Source: Eledone cirrhosa
Lineage: Eukaryota
Assembly: GCA_964016885.1 (NCBI GenBank)
Contig: OZ024741.1
Coordinates: forward strand, 314,278,001 to 314,342,000
Length of the DNA stretch: 64,000 bases
Reading direction: 5' to 3'
Below, piece after piece: positions 50,201 through 60,319 of the stretch. A model generated the notes under the pieces. It did no database searches and was not told the origin of the DNA. It was given only the letters and a program-made list of their open reading frames with translations. The position numbers and the translations under genes were made by a program. Within the stretch, counting starts at the first letter, position 1; every line of letters starts with the position of its first letter.

Positions 50201-53200
50201 GGGGGTCGGTTTTTTATTTGGGGGGTCCATTTTTTCTTTGGGGGTCCGTTTTTTTATTTGGGGGATCCGTTTTTTATTTGGGGGGATCCGTTTTTAATTT
50301 GGGGATTCCGTTTTTATTTGAAGGGGATCCGTTTTTTATTAGGGGGATCCATTTTTTTTATTTTGGGTCCGTTCTTTTATTTGGGGGTCCGTTTTTTCTT
50401 TGGGGCTACGTTGATTTTTTTCTTTGGGGTGTATCCGATTTTTATTTGGAGGGATCCGTTTTTTATTTTGAGGGTTACCTTTTTTATTTAGGGGGTCCTA
50501 TTTTTCTTTGGGGCTATGTTTTTTTCTTGGGTGTATCCGTTTTTTATTTGGAGCGATCCGTTTTTTATTTGGGGGGATCCGTTTTTAATTTTGGTGTACC
50601 GTTTTTTATTTGGGAGGGATCCGTTTTTATTTGGGGGTCCGTTTTTTTTATTTGGGAGCGATCCGTTTTTTATTTGGGGTTTCCGCGTTTGATTTGCGGA
50701 TTCGTTTATTATATGGTGGGTGGGGGTCCGATTTTTATTTTGGGTATCTGTTCTTCTTTGTTTGGGAGGTCCGTATTTCATTTGGGGGGCGGTCCGTTTG
50801 TTTATTTCGGCGGGAAACATTTCTATTTGGCGATCGGTTTTTTCTTTGGGGTCAGTTTTTTCTTTGGGGGACCGTTCTTTTATTTGAGGGGTCCGTTCTT
50901 TCTTTGGGGCTCCGTTGTTGTTTTTTTTTTTGGGGGGGGGGTATCCGTTTTGTATGTGGAGGGTTCCGTTTTTTATTTGAGGGGCGTCCGTTTTTTATTT
51001 GGAGAGGATCCGTTTTTTATTTGGGTGGTCCGTTTTTTATTCTGGAGGATCTGTTTTTTGTTTGAGGGGATCTGTTTTTTATTTTGGGGGTCTGTATTTT
51101 GTTTGGCGGGTCCGTTTTTCATTTGGGTGTGTCCGTTTGTTTATTTGGGCTGGACCCGTTTTGTATTTGCTGGTCCGTTTTTTTGGTTGGGGGGATTCTT
51201 TTTTTCTCTGGGGATCCGTTTATTTATTTGGTGGGTCCGTATTTTCTTTGAACTCGGTTTTTTTATTTTTGTGGGGTATCCGTTTTTTATTTGGAGGGAT
51301 CTGTTTTTATTTGGGGGTGGGGGGTCCGTTTTTATTTGGGAGGGATATGTTTTTTATGTGGAGGGATCTGTTTTCTATTTGGTTGGGATCCTTTTTTTAC
51401 TTTGGGTGATCGGTTCTTTATATGGATGGGGGGGGGGGTCCGTTTTTTATTAGGAGGTATCCGTTTTTTATTTGAGTGGGATCAGTTTTTTATTTTGGGG
51501 GTCCGTTTTTTGTTTGGGAGATCCGTATTTCATTTGGGGTGTCCGTTTGTTTATCTGGGCGGGACACGTTCTATTTGGGGGTCGGTTTTTTATTTGGGGG
51601 GTCCGTTCTTTCTTTGGGGTCGGTTTTTTTTATTTGGGGGTTTCGTTTTTACTTTGGGGCTATATATTTTTCTTTGGGGTGTATCCGTTTTTTATTTGGT
51701 GGGATCCGCTTTTTATTTTGAGGGATCAATTTTTAATTTGGGGCTTCCGTTTTTTATTTGTAGGTGATCCATTTTTTTATTAGGGGGATCCATTTTTTAT
51801 TTGGGGTCCGTTTTTTTATTCGTTTGTCCTTTTTTCTTTGGGGCTACGTTGTTTTTTTCTTTGGGGGTGCATCCGTTTTTTATTTGGATGGATCCGGTTT
51901 TTATTTTTAGGAGATAGGTTTTTATTTGGGGGATCCGTTTTCTCTTTGTGGTAATTTTTTTCTTTGGGGTGTATCAGTTTTTTATTTGGAGTGATCTGTT
52001 TTTTATTTTGAGGGTATACGTTTTTTATTTGGGGGGATCCGTTGTTTATTAGGTGTCCGTTTTTTATTTGATGTGTCCGCGTTTTATTTGCGGATTCGTT
52101 TAATATATGAGGGGGGGATCCGTTTTTATTTGGGTGGTCCGTTTTATATTCTGGCGGATCTGTTTTTTATTTGAGGGGGATCCATTTTTTATTTTGCGGG
52201 TCTGGTTTTTGTTTGGGCGGTCCGTTTTTAATTTGGGTGTGTCCGTCTGTTTCTTTGGGCGGGACTCCTTTCTGTATTTGGTGGTTCGTTTTTTTATTTG
52301 GGGGCTCCGTTTTATCTTTGAACTCCGTTTTTTTTTGGGGGGGGGGGGTCCATTTTTTATTTGGAGTGATCTGATTTTTATTTGGGGTGATCCGTTTTTT
52401 TATTTTGAGGGGATATGTTTTTTATTTGGTGGATCCATTTTTAATTTGGGGTTCCGTTTTTTATTTTGGAGGATCCGTTTTTTATTTGGGAGGGATATGT
52501 TTTTTATGTGGGCATTAAAGTTGGAAACTGTAAATTATTACATTTAGTTCTCAGTGTTGTGAATTTCCTATAAATTTCATATTAGCATTTTATTGTTTTA
52601 ACCAGAAATATTTTGATTTGCTAATTACAATTTCTTTAGCCCAAAGCAATATTAAGTATTTTTATTTTTACCGTTACAATTACACAATGTCACGAGTCAA
52701 ATGCATACTTAATGAAACAGTTTATAATTGAGTCTAATGTGTAGAAGTCTAATACAGTGACAACTGATTTAGTTGTGAATACAATGAAGACAATGATACA
52801 GACCTATATATATATAAGGGAGAGAGAGATTATATAAGTAAGCTGTAAGACGACAACTTGGTTTAGACCACAGGTTCTCAACCCATTTCGGCCAAATTGA
52901 CCTCTCGAAACCACGACCCCCCCCCCCACACCCTATTTTTCTATATTTCAAGACACTACTGATTTTGATATCAGTAGATTACTTGGCTAAATTATGTTAT
53001 AATCTTTTAAAAAAATCCTTAAAAGAATACACGTACGAATTAAATACAAAAAGTTTCAGTCCAAAACAAAAGCAAACTATTTCAAATTATATATATTTTT
53101 TAAATATACGTGAATGTTCTCAAAGACTTCATCTCAGTAGGAACAGTTTTTTTTAAATTCTGTAATTCACTGTTAGCTGCTGCCATATTTTGAGTGGATA

Positions 53201-53410
53201 GACAATTATACAATTCAGACTGTAAATCAAAATATAAAAGATGCAAAATGTGAAGGATTTCTTACCATTCTCTGGAATCACAAACTCAAAAACAGTACTT
53301 TGCAAAATAAAGTGCCACCAGGAGAAACTTAGTTGCAACGAATGAATTAAGATGTTTGGTAACAGTGAGCAAACAGGATCTGTATCCCTTATATATATAC
53401 TTAGATAGAT

Positions 53411-53614
53411 ACACACACACATACACGCACAGACAAACTTTTGTGTGTGTGTGTGTGTATGTGTGTGTGTGGGGGGGTGGGGGAGGGGGTATGTGTGTAT
53501 GTGTGTATGTGTGTGTGTGTCTGCCCTGTTTTTGGTGCAGAAAAAATTTTGCCTCCAGTTTTTATTGCCGGTTCAAAGACCACTGCTCATTTCAACAACG
53601 TCAAATAACAATGC

Positions 53615-53674
<60 letters not shown>

Positions 53675-53787
53675 GGGAGAGAGAGGGAGAGAGAGAAACA
53701 GTATGAAATGTGTGTGTGTGTGTGTGTGTGGTACACGCCTGTCTAACTATCTATCTATCTATCTATCATATCTATCTATCTTCTATC
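53411..53787. repeat. Compound microsatellite cluster: (CA)n, (GT)n, (TA)n at 53620-53671, (GA)n, (TG)n and (TATC)n
   Basis: Directly visible simple repeats. Confidence 0.95.
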
Positions 53788-54002
53788 TCGGATTCTGTCT
53801 AACACGTGGAAAACGCGCTGGTGAGTAAATATTTTAATTTCATTGGAAATTGCATGAACTGAATCTACATTCTTACACCATTTTGTAGATAAGCTGCCAC
53901 CCTGCACTTTGTAGGTGGTAGCAACCCCAAATAATAAGCCCATCAGGGCAAAAAACGGAGAAATCCCACAACATTTCTACCGGAATTTTGAATATAGCCA
54001 AA

Positions 54003-55984
54003 ATGGCCAAATTCTTTGACCTCAGCTTCACAAAAAACACATCAGAGAATTGTGGAGATGGGCTGTTAATCTCACCTTCCACAGTACTAGTAGCAGGTGA
54101 AGGCTGCCTGTCTGCTGCTATCACGACCAACAACAACAGTAACAACAACAGCAACAAAAACAACAACATCAAAATTGTCAGCCAAAAATTAGACAGAGGT
54201 GGTGGAGGGACGGTAAAAGTGTCAGGCCAACAAGCAGCTCGCACCGCCTCATTGAAACACTTCGATATGTTTAAAACACACCCTGACAACAACACCAGCA
54301 CCACCAACACGAAAACTGTGAATGGCACAAACCAAAACAACGCCATCAACAACAACAGTGACAACGAGAACAAGAAGAACAACAAGGACAACAAAACCAC
54401 AACCAACAACAACAACAACAACACCAACAACGGAAAAAACTAAAACAACATCAACATTAATAACAATAATAACAACAACAAGACCAATAACTGCAACAAG
54501 GAAGTAAACGACAAAATATTATTTGCGCAAACCGTAAAGAAAACGGTAAGCTACACTCCGGTAGATATTTCAAATGCAAATGAGCTTTTGAATAACGCCA
54601 GACAATATGTAACTTTTGGGGAGAACGGATCATTCTCCATAAACTCTCCCCCAGATTTGCGAAGAGAAGCTGCCTTGAAAACTGTGATCTTCAGGACAAT
54701 CTCAAACAAAACACGAAAACCGACTCAACTTTCACAAGGCGAAATTGAGTTCGTTAAAAAATGCCTGAAAAGACATTGCTTTTATTCAGAAAGGTAGACT
54801 CTAATAAAAGACCAATTGACGGCACAGAAATATTCTGTGTCGCCAATTGTGTCACCGCTGTTCACCCCTTTCCCACAGAAAATCAAAATCAAAAGTATCA
54901 CACCAAATATTGATATTTGGTGGGTACTATGTGGATTTTTAAACCACGAAACAGACTATATAATATTGGTAGGTAAGTCCTCCGGCGACCTGTTCAGCGA
55001 AACTAGCCTGGAAGTTCTGGTCCAAATGACACCAGAACGAATAGCTAGGATCCCGGAACGTGTGTTGCTGGATGGACTTATATACATAAACATTTCGGTC
55101 GAGGGTAGGCATCACCCATGTTACCACTGCTCAAGCAGGGGTCACCTGAGAGCTTCCTGTCCTCGGCTATCTAGCCCAAAAAAGGCACTACTGCCAACAC
55201 CTGCAACACCAGCACAACAATCACCACCACCACCACAACAACAACATAAAAATATAGTGACAACAAAACAAACGACAAACACAGTCCCACCCAACCCCTC
55301 CCCACCTAAAACAACTCCATAAACACCCACACACAAAACAGCTCCCCAAAATGTACCCCTCCCCAACAACACGGATGAGGCCTCATCATCGTCACCCAGT
55401 GACGATGAGGGAGAGTCTTTCCTACCAGTAAAAAGAAAAAAGAAAAGACATAACACAAACAAAAATTCAACAAACACACAAACACCAACACAAGCGACGC
55501 AAACAGCACAAACAGCACAAACAAAAACACCCCCTCTTGAAAACAAAACACCTACTACAAAACGTAAACACACACAAGAACCTCAGACAAAAAGCAACCC
55601 AACACAACAAATATGTTACACCTACATAAATACTAACAATAAAACTTTAACAGACACCATATATAAAAAGTCCTTCGGTGGAGACCGAAGGGAAAACTTT
55701 TGCACTCTCTTCGGAGAATCCTAATCTTAAAATGATTTGGACCTCCATGGACACACATAAATAGTTAAAAGAAAAATTTCCTAACGACGTAGGTAACCCC
55801 TGCGTCAAACCCTACAATCGAGTCCTGTTAAAATGTTTCCCCCTCCCCACCCCTCCCACCAGACACCCCCTCCCCACCAAACATCTTTGTTCCCAACCCT
55901 CCAGAGACCACCATGCCACCAAACAACCCCTCCAACATCCCGATGGAAATTGTGCAGCCTGGTTCCCAGGAGACTAAGAGGTGA
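54003..55984 (+). pseudogene. Gag-like ORF1 of the Tx1/L1 element (frameshifted)
   Basis: ATG at 54003, Asn/Thr-rich (AAC)n segment, and CYHCSSRGHLRASC (CX2CX4HX4C) at 55119-55160, followed by Pro/Thr/Lys-rich tracts. Split over ORFs 53988, 54588 and 54816. The exact end is uncertain. Confidence 0.7.
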
Positions 55985-56024
55985 GTGATTTCTTTGTCTC
56001 TTCTTTTAACTTTTCAGCACCAAC

Positions 56025-58520
56025 ATGGCCAATATAAGAGTTGGATGTGCGAATGTACGCGCCTGGGGATGCCCTGGAGACAGGGCAAACACTTAAACGA
56101 CCTCAGGTCGCACAGTATGGATGTAGTAGCCATTTGCGAATCTAGGATCCACAGCGAGCGACAACTGGCCCCCATCTTCGATGACTTTGAGATCTACGCA
56201 TCTCTCTGTCAGCCGGGAGGTTGGGGTGGGGTTGCCGTTTTGCTGCGGAAACACCTGGATCTCTTAACACAGACGGTACATATGGACCCGGAGGGTCGTC
56301 TGGTGGTCCTAGACGTTGACGGTAGTGAAGGTAGAACCTTCAGGCTGGTGGCCGCATATGCCGCATCCGGGACACCGCGGCCAGACTTCTTCAAACGTCT
56401 AGAGACTTTTCTTGGAACATCCCGCTCCCTGCTGTTAGTGGGGGACTGGAATGGAATCCTAGATGCACGTTGGGACTATGTGGGAGCATGTCCCGATAGA
56501 GGGGGTTGTAACAGCCTCAAACAGATAATTGGCCGGTTTGACCTGTGGACGTGGACTAATCGTAGCGGAACATCTAGATCGTACCTAGATAGGGTTCTAG
56601 TTAGAAATAAGGTTAGGGGCATGTTAAGCTGTCCACAAATGATCATCGTTGCCTATTCAGATCACAAATTAGTGACCTGCTTTGTCAACCTTGACAATAC
56701 CCATAGACAGGGACCCGGCTACTGGGAGCTGAACTTGTCGTTACCGACCTGCAAAGCCTACAGTTGACGGATTAGCACTTTAGTTAAGCAACACTTGACG
56801 GGGGCCATTGTCAACAACAGATGGTGGTACTCTCTCAAGAGGGCAGTTAGATTAGACTCGATAGATTTTAGTAAAGAATTAGTGTTAGATAGAAATAAGA
56901 CCGAAAAGGAACTGGTAGATAAAGTAGAAGAGGCACTGAGGAGTGGCAACGTAGCCAGCGTGCTAGCGACGAGAACCGTCTTGGACCAGTTCTTCGACGC
57001 AAAGCATGAAGGCTGCGTTGTCAGAAGCAAAATACGTGCTCTGGGAAACGATAGAGCCAAATCTGTTAGCTGGGCCTGAGTGACGGAGGCGAAAAGTGGC
57101 AACAAGTCCACGATTCGGTCTTTGAAGGACAAAGACGGACGCGTGATACGTGAGCCGAAGCAAATGTGCGTGGCCTTTCAGCAACACTTTTCTCAACTGT
57201 TCGGGCAGGGCGGCGCGCCTGGAGGTGCTATGGATTTCGGTTCATACCTCGACGGCCTACCGCGACTCTCAGACAGCGAGGCGAAGTTCTGGGAAAGGCC
57301 GATTCCGGCCGCTGAGATAGGTGACGCGCTGAGCCAATGCGGCAAACGCAAATCTCCAGGTCTTGACGATCTACCCTACGAATTTTACGTAGCAATGCCG
57401 GACTTGTTCCCCGGTCTCCTGGAAGCGGTCTACTGCAACTGGCAGCAGAACGGGAGAATTCCCAGTTCTGTGACCAACGGCGTAATCACGTTAGTCAGGA
57501 AGGACAAGAACAAAGGGGATGATATAGGTAACCCCCGGCCCATAACTCTGCTCAACAGATTTCCAGATTTTGGCCAAGGTGTTGGCAAAGAGGCTGGCGC
57601 TTGTCGTCGAAAACCTGGTGGGAGAAGCGCAGACATGCGCAATCCCGACCAGGTCCATACACGACAACCTCCACCTCATGCGATATATCATAGAGAGGGT
57701 AGGGTGTAAACCCGGCTTCGGCGGGGCCCTGATCAACTTGGATCAGTCTAAGGCTTTGGATAGGATTGAGCATCGTTACCTGGATGCGGTGCTCGAGGCG
57801 GCAGGCTTCGGACCCGTGTTGGGGCGCTGTATTGCTGCAATGCATAGAAGCAACATCTGCTCAGGGTCAAGGTGAACCTCTCGGAGCCGTTCCATATCAT
57901 GCAGCAAGTGCGACGGCACGTTCAGAGAAACTCTAGGCGTAGAGGAGGACGAACTGGCCATTCTGTTCGGTAGGACCCTCCGCCCGGGACCAATGGACAA
58001 CTTCCAAAGGTACCTGGCCTAGCAGTGCTACAGAGGAGCTCTACCAGTTCGAGACAAGCTCTACAGACACGGGCGCCCGGGTAGGGACCCTTCGAAAAAC
58101 ATCTGTCCGAGATGCGTGCGCGACGAGGAAACCGTCGCACACGCATTTGTACACTGCCCGGGTGTTACCGACCTGTGGGGCTATGTAGAACGACTATTGT
58201 CGCGGGTGGGACCAATCCAGTTGACCACCGAATCCATTGTCATGATCAAACCGCCACCCTCCTTCAAAAACGAGGGAGAGGCGGTTTTCCTATATGTTAT
58301 GGCTATGGTGAAAGAGATTATATGGTGGACGAGGTTAAAAGGGCTGAGGTCAGACACCTTTCTCTCCGGCGAGCAACTGATTCGTTTTTACAAATATCAT
58401 TTTGGAAGAAGTATCAGGATGGAGAGAGAGGTGCTATACCCCAGCAAATTTTATAAAAGGTGGGTGAATGTGGCAAAGATGGCCCGAGTGGTTGGGCCTT
58501 CTCTCTATATAAGCCTGTAG
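56025..58520 (+). pseudogene. ORF2 (APE endonuclease, RT, zinc knuckle) of the Tx1/L1 element, with frameshifts, stops and a deleted RT catalytic core
   Basis: MANIRVGCANVR.L start, VAICES, VGDWNGILD, YLDRVLV, SDHKLV, KSPGLDDLPYEFY, RPITLLN and LDQSKALDRIEH. At ~57900 the frame jumps to ...CYRGALPVRDKL...CPRC...ETVAHAFVHC. No QG or YADD motif is present. Confidence 0.88.
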
Positions 58521-58869
58521 GTTGAGGAAAAAGAGGAAGAGAGGAAGGGAGTACTCACTCTTGGTGCTCCTGGAGATGAGGGTTGTACATTTTTTCGGGG
58601 TGTGTACAACCCCTGTGTAACACCTCCCCCCTATTGGGGATTTCAATTGTTATTTGTTATTGTATTAATAGTTTTATTTTCATATACCTGTATGTAAACT
58701 CCCCATTTGCATTTGTCCCCTTCTTTTATGCCCTTGTGGCTAATAAAGAAATTTATCTATCTATCTATCTCTACAATAGTGGGCTCAAACAAGCGGACCC
58801 CGAAATACTTTTCTATGGCTCGTGGTAGAACCAATATTTCAGATTCCATTATAAAGGGCGGTATAGGGT

Positions 58870-59030
58870 TGGACGCCATGCTTTGACGCATAGAGTTAAG
58901 GCCCTTGCCATTCTGAGTTCAAATCCCGCCGAGGTTAACTTTGCCTTTCATCCTTACTGGGTCGATAAAATAAAGAACCAGTCATACATTGGGTAATTGC
59001 TGGCCTTGTGCCAAAAGTAGAAATAATTAT
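58870..59030 (+). mobile_element. Degenerate, deleted tRNA-derived SINE copy
   Basis: B-box-like GAGTTCAAATCCC at 58915-58927, followed by aactttgcctttcatcc...gggtcgataaaataaag and a tail ggccttgtgccaaaagtagaaataattat, all homologous to the adjacent copy. Confidence 0.7.
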
Positions 59031-59045
59031 AATTGTTGAAAATAA

Positions 59046-59262
59046 GGCGGTGAGCTGGTAGAATCGTTAGCACATCTAGTGAAATGCTTAGCGGTACTTC
59101 TTCCGTATTTACGTTCTGAGTTCAAATTCCGCCGATCTCAACCTTGCCTTTCACCCTCTTGGGGTCGATTAATTAAGTACCAGTTGTGAACTGGGATCGA
59201 TGTAATCGACCGACCTTAAACCCCAAATTTCATGCCTTGTGCCTATAGTAGAAATGATTATA
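59046..59262 (+). mobile_element. tRNA-derived SINE resembling a major Octopus SINE family (OK/OR type; exact family not assigned)
   Basis: 5' GGCGGTGAGCTGGTAGAATCGTTAGCAC (A-box region), B box GAGTTCAAATTCC at 59118-59130, body ttgcctttcaccctcttggggtcgattaattaagtaccag, and an AT-rich tail. Family resemblance is from recall, not from a search. Confidence 0.8.
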
Positions 59263-59394
59263 TCCGGTGAAAATCATCACCCACCACCACGTTTGGCCCA
59301 TTGTGCCTCTCCACTACGGCGTAATGACCCTTTTATGTGCCTGAGTTTGAAACCTCTCTTCTACACACACACACATACATATATATTTTGCATT

Positions 59395-59642
59395 TTTTCT
59401 GTGTCTGGACTACACCCATGCTGGAGCTACACCTGGTAAATTATGGGGACGTCAATAAACCAACAAGCATTGGTGGGAGGGCAAACACAAACGGAAAGAC
59501 ATATACAGACATATATGCATATATACGACGTGCTTCTTTTAGTTTCGGTCAATCAAATCCCCTCACAGAAATTTGATCGGCCCGGGCAGTGGGACTGAAC
59601 CCGGAAAAATGTGGTTGGGAAGCCAGTTTCTTGTCGCACTCC
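59395..59642 (-). mobile_element. Second SINE family (tRNA-derived, Octopus-like), degenerate, reverse orientation
   Basis: Minus strand reads cttcccaaccacat..ccGGGTTCAGTCCCactgc (B box at 59591-59602), then gaaactaaaagaagcacgtcgtatata, gacgtccccataa and gctccagcatgg. Confidence 0.7.
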
Positions 59643-59825
59643 GTATATATATATATAGTAATAATAATGAAATTGAGGTTTTGTATACCTATGGTAAGGT
59701 TTTGCGTATGCTTGTGTATGTACGTATCTGTTTGCGTGTATGTATTTATTTGTTCCTATTACTTCTGTATTGTATTTATTTACTTTGTTCTTAACTCTGT
59801 AGCGGAGATTCATTCGGTCTCCTAG

Positions 59826-60100
59826 TTAGAATTTTAGTCTACGACTTCTGCTATACCATTTACGTGGTTTTGTCTTTGCACGCTATTGTTCTCCACGCTC
59901 CACATATGACTTATTATCTTTGTTTTTTCGTTCATTGCCAGAGAACGTCTCTATGCACCACTTAGAGAACATTAGTCTACGACCTCTTTTATACCATAAA
60001 CGTGGTTCTGTCCTTGCACGTAATTGTTTTTCAACGCTCCTATTAATGACGTATTATTCGTTTTTTCCCGTTCTTTGCCAGCGAACGTCACCATGAACCA
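59826..60100. repeat. Diverged tandem duplication of a ~137-bp unit
   Basis: ttagtctacgac...tatacca...acgtggtt.tgtc.ttgcacg...cgctcc...atgac.tattat...ttgccag.gaacgtc occurs twice consecutively. Confidence 0.8.
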
Positions 60101-60319
60101 AAGTATCGTCTTCCTGTCTTCCTCCGGTTGCAACGTTTTTTGAAATATCCAGTTCTGCGTTTACAGATTGACTTTGTTAGTTTCAGAAGATCCCGTTAAG
60201 GGTGAAAGCAGCGATTCTTTGCTTAAACTTTAATCAGTTATTTTAATAAATATATATATATATATATATATGTTTGTGGTTTTGCGAGGTTTTTTATATG
60301 AAATCGTGTGTCGAAACAA

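Larger units (their letters stand above)
1..52512. repeat. Large degenerate G/T-rich satellite array, monomer ~19-22 bp (core GGGGATCCGTTTTTTATTT), interrupted by three TE insertions; extends beyond the left edge
   Basis: Continuous reiteration of G-run + (A/G)TCCG + T5-7 + ATTT. The + strand is dominated by G and T. There is an abrupt switch to ordinary AT-rich sequence at ~52513 (...tatgtgggc|attaaagttgg). Confidence 0.97.
53788..58770 (+). mobile_element. Tx1/L1-type non-LTR retrotransposon, apparently near full length at both ends, decayed and internally deleted
   Basis: ORF1 remnants with a CCHC zinc knuckle, ORF2 with APE EN, partial RT and C-terminal CxxC...HxxxxC, and a 3' UTR with AATAAA (58742-58747) followed by (TATC)n at 58754-58770. 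(TATC)n also lies immediately 5' of the element. The 5' boundary is inferred. Confidence 0.85.

Noticed and set aside
1-52512. CRISPR-like array or telomeric repeat
   Set aside because: There is no constant repeat with unique spacers, no cas genes, and the context is eukaryotic. TTAGGG occurs only sporadically, and the G-rich strand points toward the internal unique DNA rather than toward a visible chromosome end.
1-52512. AATAAA polyadenylation signal in nearly every monomer on the minus strand
   Set aside because: It is an automatic consequence of the TTTTATTT core, and there is no evidence of transcription or function.
137-52547. Hundreds of + strand ORFs up to 513 aa rich in F/G/L/I/W/Y, resembling membrane proteins
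   Set aside because: They are translations of the A-poor satellite strand, overlap in all three frames, mostly use non-ATG starts and repeat GSVFYL/IRFLFG/DPFFIW. They are not genes.
52866-52890. cacaggttctcaacc resembling a hAT/Charlie terminal inverted repeat
   Set aside because: The match is imperfect, and no partner TIR or 8-bp TSD was found.
53873-55573. Hydrophobic minus-strand ORFs (185 aa and 143 aa, Leu/Val-rich)
   Set aside because: They are antisense shadows of the (AAC)n and ACA-rich ORF1 of the LINE.
58910-59140. tRNA genes suggested by A/B boxes
   Set aside because: No cloverleaf can be formed, and the boxes are followed by SINE body and tail, so these are SINE heads.
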